Notes under the pieces: model-generated
What the model saw: the letters and a program-made list of their open reading frames with translations, nothing else
Told to the model about the DNA's origin: nothing
The model's database searches: none
Part shown: positions 44,225 to 56,139 of the stretch, in pieces
Numbering within the stretch: position 1 is the first letter of the stretch
Layout: each line of letters starts with the position of its first letter
Position numbers and translations under genes: made by a program
Source: Chrysomallon squamiferum
Lineage: Eukaryota; Animalia; Mollusca
Direction: 5' to 3'
Length of the DNA: 64,000 nt
Assembly (NCBI GenBank): GCA_012295275.1
Contig: CM022673.1
Coordinates: forward strand, 8,184,001-8,248,000

Positions 44225-44374
44225 ATGACCCGCATATCCTGCCGCCCCTCCTCTCCCACCCAAGTGACCGCAAAGAAATATCTGAAACTACATATCAAAC
44301 GAATCAGGGAACGAGAATATTCCAAACTGAGAGCTCTTATTCCGGCAGTTGCTTCCAAGAAGAAGGTCACCAAG
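44225..44374 (+). CDS. HLH-B coding exon 1
   Basis: ttattatttcttcag|ATG ACC CGC ... GTC ACC AAG|gtatat; 150 nt = 50 codons. Confidence 0.9.
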
Positions 44375-44635
44375 GTATATTATTTATTTATTTATTTACT
44401 TACTTACTTACTTACTTGTTTGTTTGTTTTATAATTACTGGTGTCTCCTGTTAAATAAAATTGTTTATAAATGTATTTAGAAAGTTCTGCTTAAGTATCT
44501 GAATGCAAAGTGCAGATTAGCCAAAGAAATTGTTTTGACCATTCATGAATTAATTAAATAAGGATTAAGACCATGCAAGCTAACGTGCTACATTAAATAT
44601 ATCTTTAAGAGTAACTTTAATTCGTTTAGGCAGAT

Positions 44636-44667
<32 letters not shown>

Positions 44668-46136
44668 CTTTGTTTGTCCTTAGTCTTCTTGTATTAGACT
44701 TTCGTAGGTAAAATTGATTTTTGTTTTCGCCAAATTTCATCGCAAAATTAATCCAGATACAGTACACCACTCGTACTGGTTGACTCAGGCTTGATTAAGC
44801 ATTAGTAGCATTAATAGAATAAAATAACTATTCATTAGCATTGCTTTACCAGTGTAATTTAATTTCTGTCCTTTAATTAACGTTATCTTTAATTCATTAC
44901 GGCAGCTACGGTTAACTACGACTAAGTAAAAGTATATTTGTTCTTACTGGAAGACATGTTTTGCAAAGAACGTTTCTGATGATTCGACCCTCTCTAAATT
45001 ATAGTTTTTAATTGTTCTGCCAGCTTTAGTTACTTGTCGTATTTCAGCTGTAATTAATTAATTAATTAATTTTGTACGTTTTCAGATTCAGGTCATCGAA
45101 GAAGCAGTCAGGTACATTGATGAACTTCACAAGACCTTGCTCGAACGACTGAGAGAAAAACACGGTAGGTCGTTTATTATATTACCGTATATTTCGAAAC
45201 CCAGTGGTATGCAATGTACTATCTGGTTATCTTTTTTAATTACATGTTGTGTTATGGATTCCAGCTGGAGTTTAAGCTTAATGGGGCTTGTTTCCATGAA
45301 GCATGTGTTTCATGGCCGATAGTACAAAAGCTTTGGCTATAAAATTACATTGTACATGAATCAATAGGAGATTCAATCCATAATTTATTTCATGAAACTT
45401 ATATATATATACTCCTACGTTATTCCCCTTTTCTGGACGGCAATGCATTTCATAAATCACCTTTCCACATTATACTGAATTTTTTGATTACAAACATTAT
45501 AATAATAATCTTCAATATAAACGCGAACGTTAATTTAATAATGTTTAAACTGAAGAAATAACATTTCACTTTAACAAACGAATTAGGACACTAATACTAA
45601 TAAAAAAAAAAAAAAAAATGTCCTTTACGTTTATTTTTTTCACTTGTTAAATGCATTGTTGAAGAAAATATGATTTTAAATTTAATGTGCGGCGAAAAAC
45701 GAAACAGATAAGGTAACATCTGGTGTGACAAGGTGGACCTATCAGTTTCGTGTTTTGGTAACATATCAACACCTGCAAATGTTTGACATGCTTGTGTATT
45801 ACGATACACTGCAAACACGCTGATAGCAGCGACAGCTCTAGGTCGCGACCTTTGACTTGGCAATGTCCCAGTATATGTTTAACATAACATTAGAGAGTCG
45901 TTTCAGACACAGCTGGCTCGGAAACATCTAAAATATTTAAATTTGATTGTTATTTTATTATTACTTTAAAAAAAAAAAAATAAAAAAAATAAAATTATAT
46001 TTTGTATTACATGAAATCGGTAAAATTATAAATTAAAAAAGAAACGAAAAAAAAATGATATTAAACACACTGGAGTATAAAAAAATAACTAAATAACTAA
46101 ATAAATAAAAACAAAAAAAAAAAAATTAAAAATAAA

Positions 46137-46176
<40 letters not shown>

Positions 46177-46548
46177 GTAATTATAATTAGGATAACACAA
46201 ATAACATGATCAGCTTGAAAGCTGTGTTAGTAAATGAATATTAATGAAGCAATGGCTAATCGATGCTTTGCAACTGTTGCAGGTGAAATGTAGTTCAGTC
46301 TGAATTGTGATACATCTAGCGACGACTTTTGTTTCATGTAAATTTTTCATTATTTATTCATTTGTTTAATTGTTCGTTCACTCATTTTTGTTTTTGTTTT
46401 ACATAAAGACTATTTAAAAAATAACGCTGTTTTTAATAAATGATTTAATGAATAAAAAACAAAAAAAAAACAAACCGAGATAAACATAAATAAATAAATA
46501 GCTTATAAACAATAAAAATTAAATATAATAAATATCATAACACTTTTA

Positions 46549-46603
<55 letters not shown>

Positions 46604-47663
46604 GTAATAGTAATAGTAATAATAATAGTAATAGTAATAATAATAATAATAATAATAAAAAAATGAAACTTCAAGTAGAGGATATTTCAACTTCAACAAT
46701 GCCATTAGTAACAGTTGAGATTTATAAAAAAAAAAAAAATTAAAGAATTTAGAAAAACTTATCTCAAATCGTAAATCTCATAACCAGGTTGACACTTCCC
46801 TGCAGCTGTTACCTCGCGCCTATCATCTTTCCTAGCCACGCCCCCTTTCATACAATCACGGCCTGCATTAGTTACCTGTAATTGGCAACCCGCGTCCTCC
46901 AGATTTGTTCCTTTCAACAAACGACGCAAGAAATGAGAGTATCTTCACAAGGGAGATAACTACAGACTGTTTTGTTCGCACAACAATGCCTCTATCAACC
47001 TTTCAGAGTTTACTTTTTTTTTTTTTTTTTTTTTTGTTCGGTGACTCTAAAGAAATTTTATTATTCCCGAATTGTGGAGGAGCGAGAAATGTTCGCGGAT
47101 GTCTCGTGTTTTATCGTCGTGGGAAACACTGCGATACGATCAAAATGGCGATTATAGGGCAGATGGGTTTCTTTAGCCAATTTACCCCATGCTCTGATTA
47201 ATAACCTCGCTGATCCAGCACTGATTTATAACAGTATCCGTAATCCTATACTACCCTTTTTGTTAACTAAAAAAAAAAAAAAAAAAACCGACGACTTAAT
47301 ATTCAAAATATTTTGTAGATGTGGCGTTGTTACAGTTTAAAAAAAAAAAAAAAAAATGGTTGTGAAAAGTTTTAATAAACGCACTCTGTCCCCGTGCATA
47401 AGTCAACAAATGGCACACCGGTAACGATTTAACGACGACAACAGTGTGACATAGAAAATTTACAGTGAAACACAACCTTGCATCTTTGGTTCAGATTTCA
47501 GAAACAAATACGTTAGAGGGCGGATATAAGTTTCAAGATAAAGAAAAGAAAAGAAGAAAAAAAAGAATATAAAATAATCCAACAAATTAGTCAGGGATTT
47601 GGCTCCCATTATATGGCTTTCATTTCTGAGCTGAAATACTAGGAACAACTTGTTCTGTTGATA

Positions 47664-47696
<33 letters not shown>

Positions 47697-49288
47697 GTTA
47701 AGAAACAATAATGCGATATCGCATATTGCAGTGACACTACCCTTGACAGAAGGCAAGTCAATTTACAAACTATTAATTGTCGAGCAGAACACACACGACA
47801 CATGGTTTGACTCGAAACGGAGTACACCAATTTGGGAACATGAACAGCTGTATCGCTCTTCTCAATAGGAGGAGCAAAATCTGGGAACGCGCTCGGTAAA
47901 GGGGAAACAATCACGACGATAATGGGCACGAATGGAGATTTTTTACAATTCACCATATGGTGGGTTACATTTTTGACTCTCCAGAAGGAGGGCTTCTTCC
48001 TGTAACCTCCAAGAAGCCGGACAGGCAGGCAGTGCCTCGACTTGCAGTCACAGATGGTCATCGTCGAGACAGCCAGACACCGATCGATGAAGTGGTGATG
48101 ACAAACGCACGCACAGTTTTGGCAGTTATTGGCGGGACTTGGTATGACACCGCGTGGCGTGCGCGTGTCATGCAGGCGTGGCTTCCCACCCCCCACCCCA
48201 CCACACACACCCGTCTCTGTCTGACCGTACAGATGATTTCTTCTCGACTTTGCTAATGATGTTCTTTATTCAAAACTTTATTCAAATAGTATTTGACGAT
48301 TTCTACATATGATTGTGTTTTTTTTTTTTTTTTTTTTTTTTTTTTTCATCCTTATTATATTGAATACAAAGAAATGAAGTTTATAAGAATAACATTATTT
48401 ATTTATGTAATGTGAATTTTGTCCATTAATTATTTTCTTTTTATTTGTTACCATTTACTTTATGAAAATTTTTTTGTAAGAATTTTACAAAACGTTAATC
48501 AAACTTTTATGCTTGAAAATAAACGGGAGCTGTTATGTAAATACCTAGTTTTGTTCAACGCGCGATCAAACAAACAAAACTACCCATACACTCGCAGTCG
48601 TTAATCCTGTCTGATCGTATGTGAAAAATGTAAAGCATATTTCACCTCGTCGTTTCACGCATCACCTTTGTGAGCTGTAGTTAGTTCCCATGAGGATTAG
48701 CGCACCTGTGGTACAGAGACTGTTTTATTTGCCGACAACTTTTCACTGTTCGTCCTTTGTACGAAACACCAGCTGTTGCAAAGTCTCGCTGCCTCTGGCT
48801 ACCCGAGTGTTTATAAAAGATCCGAGACATGATATTGTTTATTATTGTTCAGCTGAAATACTTAACATTCTATGCATTCATGTTGCGTCCGCTATGGGAA
48901 TTCTTCATGCTAATGACTATTTGATGCAGTCAACAAGGGAGGAAACTCCAGGTCACGCCAGCGAGGCTTGAACGGAATAAATACACGACGAACGTGATCA
49001 TGATGGGCTACATGCGAATATCTGAATTCCATTATCAATTAATTTTTTTATTTTTTAATAATTTTTTTTTTTATTGCACTTATGCTATTACTGATTGTTA
49101 ATTATTTTTTTCCTCTTGCTCTGTTTTCAGGTTGCCAAGCTGTGGGTATTGCTGAAGAGACTGTGAAAAACTTCGTCTATCAAATGATGCCTCGATCCAT
49201 GCGATTCGAGTCCCAGCCCAAAGTTAACTTTGAAAAACAACAGAAGAGAGCCAGTTTCCTGGCCAAACGGAGGAGAAGAGATAATTAG
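44225..49288 (+). CDS. HLH-B: atypical Id/Emc-like (group D-like) helix-loop-helix protein, 128 aa; join(44225-44374, 45086-45164, 49131-49288)
   Basis: Spliced product MTRISCRPSSPTQVTAKKYLKLHIKRIREREYSKLRALIPAVASKKKVTK|IQVIEEAVRYIDELHKTLLERLREKH|GCQAVGIAEETVKNFVYQMMPRSMRFESQPKVNFEKQQKRASFLAKRRRRDN*. YSKL..L.P.....KKV.K......YI..L matches the Id/Emc HLH pattern. Canonical, phase-compatible splice sites. Confidence 0.9.
45086..45164 (+). CDS. HLH-B coding exon 2 (helix 2)
   Basis: gtacgttttcag|ATT CAG GTC ATC GAA GAA GCA GTC AGG TAC ATT GAT ... AAA CAC G|gtaggt; 79 nt. Confidence 0.9.
49131..49288 (+). CDS. HLH-B coding exon 3 (tail with KRRRR NLS-like end)
   Basis: ctcttgctctgttttcag|GT TGC CAA GCT ... 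GAT AAT TAG, then 8 nt (CCTTATAG) and a gtaata donor at 49297. Confidence 0.85.
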
Positions 49289-49316
49289 CCTTATAGGTAA
49301 TACACTAACTAGCTAG

Positions 49317-49399
<83 letters not shown>

Positions 49400-49515
49400 A
49401 TTTATGGTACTACTATTACACTGATGGCGTAATATACATTATAAATACTATTAACAGTGAAGTTACTTTTTATTACTATTATTATTATTATTATTATTGT
49501 TATTGTTATTTTCAG

Positions 49516-49784
49516 ATCTTCTCATATGTAAATATTCATCCTCGTCTGTGATATTAAGATATGGTGCTCTGTTTGTGGAGACAACACACCATTTACAAAG
49601 ACTACCTAGTAACACCCACTCCTCTTATTAAACCAACTTAACTCTTCTGACACCATCACCGTCCATCATCGAGTAACAACACTGCCAGACATTTTCAGCC
49701 AATACGCTGTTGAACGTACAACCGGACCTGCGTCACGGACTCGACTTCTAGTTAAAGACCGGCTGCGGATAGAAGGATCGTAAA
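49516..49784 (+). other. HLH-B internal 3'UTR exon
   Basis: Acceptor ttattttcag at 49515; donor AA|gtaagt at 49785; non-repetitive sequence between low-complexity introns. Confidence 0.6.
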
Positions 49785-50144
49785 GTAAGTATTATTTTAT
49801 ATTATTCTCGTTTTTTTTTTTTTTTTTTCTTGTTTAAAAGCCATGGTAGCAGGGAACATTATCTTTGTTTTAAAAGAAATAAATTGTCAGTAATTATTAT
49901 TATTTAATGCATCCTCGGATGAAATTATGAGCATTATTTGAAACAAAATCAAAATAAAACACATTAGAACCAATTTTGATAAGAAATTTCTCAACTGTTT
50001 TTGAATAATATTTTATATAAAAAAAGATTGCTGCTTAATTATGTAACAAATGTATACATATCTTATTTATTTATTTATTTATTTATTCTTCGTCGTCGTT
50101 GTCTTCTTCTTCTTCTTCTAATTATTATTATTATTATTTTGCAG

Positions 50145-51054
50145 ATCACGCAGTGAACTTTGAAAACAGAAAAAAAAAAACACTGGTAAACTCTACAGCC
50201 CATGGAAGTGGAAGGCAGTCGTTATACTAAATCTTGGAATTTACACTTCATATTTAGATAATTTTTTAGTAAGGAAAGAAATGACAACTTTTTACTTATT
50301 ATCATCTACACTATTTCTACTAGAAATTGCTTTGGTACTTTTATACAAGAATATTAATAATATTATACATGTATGTGTTGATAATAGTTTATAATTCACT
50401 TGCAGAAGTGCAGTTAGAAATAATATATTTAGGAACTGTTTTGAATTTAAATGGCAATTTTGTTTGTTTTTGAGTTTTATTTTGAAAGTGGCATAAAAAA
50501 AAAAAAATAAAAAAAAAAAGACCCACCTAAATACTGAATATGTATATCAAGCCAATGCTTATGTCAGTAATATGAAACAAAAAAACTGGAAGCAGATATT
50601 TTTTTTCGAATATTAGAATGGATCTGTTTTTGTAATTAAAAAAAATAACTCTTGTTATTAATCTCTTTAAAAAGGAATACAGTATTTGTTACATGGACTT
50701 GATGTGTTCAAGAATTAAGTTAGTATTTTTTCTAATCTGAAGTTAGTAATTAGATGGCAAGTTAACTGTTTCCGAGAGATTTTATAAACTTAAGTTTAAA
50801 AAATTGATTAAGCTTTAACTTGAATGTGCCACTAATTATTATACTTCATATTTTCTTTCGAAAATTCTTTCAATGTTATTTTGTTTTTTTAAATTTTATT
50901 ATTATTTTTTTTTATTATTGCATTATCCCACTGATTTTTTAAATAATAATTATATTTACACTACAGCCCTGATCTACTTACTGAGTTATTCCCCTTGGGA
51001 AATAACCTCCCCGGAAAAATGGATGTACATTTGTACATTCTGTGCTAATATTCT

Positions 51055-51107
<53 letters not shown>

Positions 51108-51500
51108 AAAAAAAGAGGCAAAACTGTGCTAATGTTAAAACAGGTATATATATATATATATATACTTTCTTTCATTTATTTTTCCTCTCTCTCTCTTTCA
51201 TATATGTATGTATATATATAAATATATATATATATACATACACATACATACACGAGAGAGAGGAAAAATAAATATAAATTATTATGAACGGGGATAAAAA
51301 TAAATGGGTGGAAACTGTTTTGTTTTAGCACCGTTCTCAATCCCACTTTATTATTTTGGTGTTCAACTTCTATGATGTTTTGTAATGTTTGTTACCTCGT
51401 GTTTTTTTTTTTTGTTGCTTAGTCTGTGTTACTCGGTCATCATTTTTCTCGTTTTATATTGTACTGACTTTATCTGGAATTAAAACTGTTGCTTATAAAC
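50145..51500 (+). other. HLH-B terminal 3'UTR exon (end approximate)
   Basis: Acceptor ttattttgcag at 50144; long AU-rich tract; AATAAA/ATTAAA candidates near 51270-51485. Confidence 0.45.
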
Positions 51501-51573
51501 TGTTAGTAAAGTGTTTGTTTTTGTTGATAAGTTTTTAAAAAACCGTATAAACGCACGACCACATTAATACATC

Positions 51574-51604
<31 letters not shown>

Positions 51605-52606
51605 CATGTTTTCTTAAGTATATACACACACACCCACTCAGACATGCTTGCATACGACATATACATGTGCACGCAAACACGTTCCTATATACACATACGT
51701 ACAAAACAAAACGGAGAAAAAGAGTGTACGAGATGACATTTTGTAAACTATATATAACAACTGGATGATTATTGTTTGTTCGAAATATCCACAGATTCGT
51801 ATATTTTTTTTTTTTTTTTTCATAACAACACACGTTTCTCGGATGTGCATTTAACGAATATGTTCCACGAACAAAACAATATTTTTTTCTTTTTTTCTTT
51901 TCTAAGGACTAAATTCAATGAACTAATAACTGTCATCGACAAACTCGAGAGTACTGTCGCGTATCAAAGATCTACTCAGTCTGTCAGGTCTGAGCTTAAT
52001 GTTTCTATGTAAAAATGATGTCACTAAAAAGTAAAAGCAGCAATCTCAGTGAATTTCCTGCAGCTTATTATATGATTGCGTTGCTTTATTATTAGCAAAG
52101 GTTTTTACTATTAAAAATAAAATAAATTTAGGATATTACGTTCATTCCAGACAAACGAAAAGCAATGTTTAAGAAGAAAAAAAACAACAAAAAAACAAAC
52201 AGAATAGAAAATATAAATAATATAAATTATTGATCAGTATTTAGACCATTGCGTTTTCGATGCCACTGACGAATGGATGGAGACTATGTAGAAACAAAGA
52301 AACAGAGATAGGTAAATTTACACTTAACAAATATCTAATACTAATATCATTTAGTGCATAGATTAAAATCTAAGAAGTAGTAGTAGCAGAAGTAGTGTCT
52401 TTTGATATACTCTGTGAGTCTTGTAACTGAAATAGTAATAATGGTGGTAGTATTAGTGTAAGTAACAACAGCATTATTATTATTAGTAGTAGTAGTAGTT
52501 ATTGTTTTTGTTGTAATAGATATATAACAGTGGTAGACAAATTAATACTAGTAGCAGAAGTATAAATAAATTCGAGTTATGGTTCACTGTTTTCATAAAG
52601 AATTTC

Positions 52607-52644
<38 letters not shown>

Positions 52645-52754
52645 CAACGGTATTAACTTATGAACGTATTAACTAATCAATATTGGATTGTCCATTTTAC
52701 GGTGCATTCATGGTATCTTGATGACCTGTTTTGAAATACAACCATGTCGAGGCC

Positions 52755-53460
52755 ACTCGAAATCACGTGACGCGGTTGTGAATCTTCTGTCCCCAAATTT
52801 TTCTATCAATAATAATGAGTTTTGCACGTGCCGCTTAAGATGAACATGCATTATGCTTTCTTTTCACCTGACAAGTCAGGGATAATTCCTCTGCCATATT
52901 CTTCGCATAATTGTCTTCTGCGCAAGTCACGAGACCGGACCGCGCGTGCACGCACGTGCCTCCCGAAGAAGCAGACGGCTGCACTCCAAGATTTCAAAAG
53001 CCGAACAAGATCATCAAAGCGGCTATGGAAGTATTTAATGGTGGAAATATACTTCGGTCACAGCGGGCCGCTATTAAAACGAAATTAAAAATATAATTGT
53101 AATATCACTAATGTAGCAAAAAGGTTCAAACTGGCGTATCGGTCCAGTTCACAAAAGCGATGCTGGAAAAAGTAATGGATTTCGGAAACTGCAGATTTAT
53201 GAGTGAAACGTATTATGAAGATCAGCGTCGGCGGTCGTAAAATTACGGGGGAAACGCACAGTCGACCTGCCTGGTACAAGGGTCAGCTCCTTTACCTGTG
53301 AAATCAGAGCCAGTTTACAAAGCGTGATGAATTTTTAACATGGCCAATCGGTTAAGATTTTATTGGCGTGGCGATCAATGCAGATGCGCGCAGTTAAGTT
53401 GATGTTGCCGAAAGAACTGAAAATGCTGAAAGACTGGTAACCAGTGGAAAATTGAAATCG
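52755..53460 (+). promoter_or_regulatory. CpG-richer island; candidate GALNT promoter
   Basis: TCACGTGA and GCACGTG clusters (52760-52960), CCAAT (53344-53348), ATTGG (53362-53366) and TGCGCGCA (~53385), upstream of the GALNT 5'UTR exon. Confidence 0.3.
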
Positions 53461-55159
53461 AAAATCAATTTAAAACTTGCTCAATTTTTTTTTTTTTGTA
53501 TTTCTTAAGCTTGTATTGAAACATGCATTTTTGATTTACATTATTTAAATAATGTTTACGATAATCCTTTCTTTTGAAATACTGGAAGATATACACATCA
53601 TCATAAAATTGATAATTTACGTGGTAACAAAAATCTCATAAATAACCATATATTTTATAACAATTTTATTAATAAAATGGCACTTAATTCATTTGTTTCT
53701 TAATTTTATAAATTAAAAACAGTAAAGAAATTGGCAATCAAACATAGTTTTATTTCCGAAAGGAAAAGCTGTGACTTTCTCTTTATTAATTTATGTATTA
53801 GTATTTTCATATAAAAATAAATAAATAAATAAAAAAGAAGAAATATTTATGTTCCCTAAAATGTACCAAACTTAATACTTCTGAATCATATTAAATCAGT
53901 TACCAATTACTAGGAAATGTGTGTACTCGGCTGTAAGATTTGATTCACGTGTGACAATGGAAGATTATTTCACGAAGAAAAGAAAAAAAAACGGTACTGA
54001 GGTTGCTAGTCATTTTGTTACCAAGACAATTATCATAGTTTTTATCAAATCTTTATTTATTTATTTATTTATTTATTTGTTGATGTTTTGAAACTCATTC
54101 TAACTTAATATTTATAATAAAACCACAAAAATACATGATTAGGAAACTATACAGTGACTTTTATGTATTAATTCATTGGGATATAACATTTCGTTTAGAA
54201 AAATTTATTAGGACATTCAGCTGGATAAATGATTTGCATGTGATTATAAGGATAAGATACTATAATACACCATTTTAATAAACATCATTTGTCATGACAT
54301 GAATGCAGTATTATGTTTAGACTGACACCAGACAATGCTGGGGAATTTCGTTGGAGACTTAACGAATTTTGTCGTTTCAGTTAAGTATTATGACGTTTCG
54401 AAAACCTGATGAAAACATTACATGAAACAGCATAACACTTATACCACGTCAAGTCAATGGTAGACAAGTGTGAACAGCTGTAAATGAAAAAATATCAATA
54501 TAATAATAAAAACGACCAAGTTAGTTTACGTCTGAATTTTGTTTGAATTGCCAGTATGTTAAGAATCAAATTTTTTATTGTTTTAAGCTGTTGCACTCGG
54601 TAAACTTATTCTTGGTCAAATAGCAGAATATAACAAGCCCTTTTACCTGCACGTTTTCGTTGAAAATATAAATTAATGTTTTATTCTAAATAAAGAGAAG
54701 TCTTAATTTTACAGCATTATTTATTTTAATGTATTTTCAGTTTATATTTGGAATGAAAAATCTTTACATGTATTAGTTTGTCCATGTGTATTCATCCAAG
54801 TAGGTTATGAATGTCAAGATCGATATTATTATGTAATTAAGCCTTTTCAAATTATTAGCAGCACTTGCAGGTTAAATGAAACATTCAAGAAAAATGCGAG
54901 TTCATCTGTGAATATTATATTAATCTGAGTATTAAGAACTGTATTCGCACACAACCCCCAAAACGAAATAATAAAAACGTAAACAAGCTTATATGTGTAG
55001 TTGTCGTATATATATATATATATATATAAATCTATAAACAATTAATAAATAAATAAATACTACTACTACCACTACTATTACTACTGCTGCTACTACAACA
55101 ATAACAACTACTACTATTACTGCTTCTAATAATAATAATAATAATAATAACAACAACAA

Positions 55160-55418
55160 CATGGCGGTAACTAGACTCTTTTTGAAATGAGGCAAAAAAT
55201 GACGTCTTTGAAGTCAGTTATGTCTTTCATCGCAATATGTGTCAATATACCGTAGACATAAACGAATTCATTCAGTGCATATCGTTTCTATCGGAATAAA
55301 GATTTATATTTTATATTTTTAAAATAAAATCTTTGTATTAAAAAAAATCAGAAAAAAAAAATCGTCAATTTCGGTGTGAAACATTTGCCTCATTTGCCTC
55401 GATGTGGTTACGGCCATG
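55160..55418. mobile_element. Non-autonomous DNA transposon (MITE), possibly hAT-type, ~260 bp
   Basis: Imperfect terminal inverted repeats CATGGCGGTAACTA (55160-55173) / TGGTTACGGCCATG (55405-55418). Subterminal inverted match AAATGAGGCAAA (55185-55196) / TTTGCCTCATTT (55384-55395). Sits inside an (AAT)n tract; TSD not clearly readable. Confidence 0.6.
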
Positions 55419-56139
55419 AATAAAAATAATAATAATAATAATAATAATAGTAATAATAATATCACTCAGTCTTTTGTGATGTTTTGCATTTACTGTTGAC
55501 GATTAACAATAAATGAATCCTGGAATATTCATCGAATGTACAGTTACACACGACATAAATTTTTAAAATTAAACATTTACAATTACTAATGATTTTTATT
55601 ACGAATTATAGTTCTTGTGAATGTAATAGCGTCTATGTAAAATCAAACAGCCAGTAAATCATAATTATTCATGTATATATCTTTATTTACTTACTTGCAT
55701 TTATATCAACAAAGTTGTTTAATCAGCTTTTTAAATAAATATTTCTTGTTTTACTTATTACAACTTCTAATGTCTGGTTCAAGTAAAATGTATTTTTTTT
55801 TTTTAAAAACGACAAACAATAATTTCATTACTTGTTAATAATCTAATATTTAAACAATATTCAGTTCATATTAAATATTAACACTACCGAAATTTATCTG
55901 TCAATAAATTGATTCTTTCAAATATGTTTTGTTTGTCTTACTTCTTAAATTTATTTGTTATACATGGTGGCTAAGAAAGTAACCGGATAGTGTTTTATTA
56001 CGAACATACGTACACATACATACATACATACATACACACATACATCCATACACATATATACATACACACAAAAATACATATATACATACATACATTCATA
56101 CACAAACACACACACACACATACACATAAGAAGAGGAAA

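Noticed and set aside
47639-48256. 189-aa (-) and 99-aa (+) ORFs in HLH-B intron 2
   Set aside because: No recognisable motif, and the minus ORF runs into a poly-T tract. Better explained as a GC-richer regulatory island.
44225-49288. Calling the HLH genes emc/Id, Hes or achaete-scute
   Set aside because: They lack the Id helix-2 signature QHVIDYI.DLQ, the Hes Orange/WRPW elements, and the ERNR basic motif, so no gene symbol is assigned.
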